Source: Antedon mediterranea
Lineage: Eukaryota > Animalia > Echinodermata
Direction: 5' to 3'
Length of the DNA stretch: 64,000 nucleotides
NCBI RefSeq assembly: GCF_964355755.1
Contig: NC_092679.1
Location: 5,796,201 to 5,860,200 of the forward strand
The translations under genes were made by a program, and so were the position numbers. The notes under the pieces were generated by a model. The model made no database searches and was not told the origin of the DNA. It saw only the letters and a program-made list of their open reading frames with translations. Numbering within the stretch: position 1 is the stretch's first letter; the number at the start of each line of letters is the position of its first letter. Positions 63,601 through 64,000 of the stretch are shown piece by piece.

Positions 63601-63929
63601 CATTTTATTGACACCAATGAATTTTACATATACATTTACTATAGGCCTATTCACACTAGTATTAAAAGAATGAAACACGGCGTTATTCACAATTTATTAT
63701 CTAACAAAAACGGAACAAGATTGTGAATCCGCCATTAGATATAGTCTGGAAATAAGACAACGTCTTTCATAAGAAAGGTAACATCAACATTAAATTGTAC
63801 TAGTGTGGTATCAATGAAATTCAATTTAGGTTATGGTCCGCGGAAGGCTGTTTGACTTTATATCAGGACGACTACGTCTTCAGTGATGTGACGTGTAAAT
63901 GCAGCCATCTGACGTCATTTGAGAAACAT
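54651..63929 (+). CDS. LDLa x6 - Thr-rich mucin-like stalk - GAIN/GPS protein (adhesion-GPCR or polycystin-like), partial
   Basis: Phase-consistent exons 54651-54764, 56971-57093, 57286-57399, 58373-58495, 58739-58855, 58942-59067 (LDLa, DxSDE), 59328-59882 (Thr repeats), 60291-60389, 60536-60599, 63067-63175, 63467-63543, 63830-63929. The last two encode [23 protein letters not shown], a GPS motif. The start exon was not found and no TM region lies in the window. Confidence 0.8.
55024..56068 (-). mobile_element. single-arm copy of the same Academ-like element, inside a small MITE
   Basis: Near-identical to the reverse complement of 41870-~40700; flanked by ATA at 55021-55023 and 56069-56071. 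Confidence 0.8.
57668..58106. repeat. 80-bp minisatellite, ~5.5 copies
   Basis: The unit begins CGTATCAATAGGAGAATCATACAGATTATAG; period 80 (57668, 57748, 57828...). Confidence 0.92.
60846..62946 (+). mobile_element. 5'-truncated L2/CR1-group LINE with open RT ORF2 (676 aa)
   Basis: [55 protein letters not shown]; 3' UTR GTGAAGCGCC..GCGCTATACAAG(TAA)n; candidate TSD ATGTTG. Confidence 0.92.
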
Positions 63930-64000
63930 GTGAGAATAAATTAATTTTGTACAAGTTTATTATGGATACACTTATTGATGTCATCATTATTAGGAATCAC

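Overview
AT-rich eukaryotic (animal, probably invertebrate deuterostome) genomic DNA with spliceosomal GT-AG introns, read by eye without tools. Gene order: NEK9 (+, 22 coding exons, with two intronless class-A GPCRs nested antisense in intron 5), GALM (+), COX16 (-), MRPS5 (+, head-to-head with COX16), an ASB3-like ankyrin/SOCS-box gene (-), an ARM-TIR-SAM gene (+) with SARM1 domains in a different order, and an LDLa x6 / Thr-rich / GAIN-GPS receptor gene (+) whose 5' start was not located and whose 3' end may run off the window. Introns and intergenic DNA hold many transposon derivatives: a 4.7-kb MULE-like element in the NEK9 promoter, a Ginger-like MITE, a fold-back Academ element plus a one-ended copy, Kolobok/Harbinger/Tc1/hAT/P-like MITEs, Helentron-type elements, SINEs, a near-intact L2-clade RT ORF and several minisatellites. 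The strongest novelty candidates are the ARM-TIR-SAM protein (myristoylation motif, TIR catalytic Glu retained) and the LDLa-mucin-GPS receptor. All family assignments rest on recalled motifs and need database confirmation.
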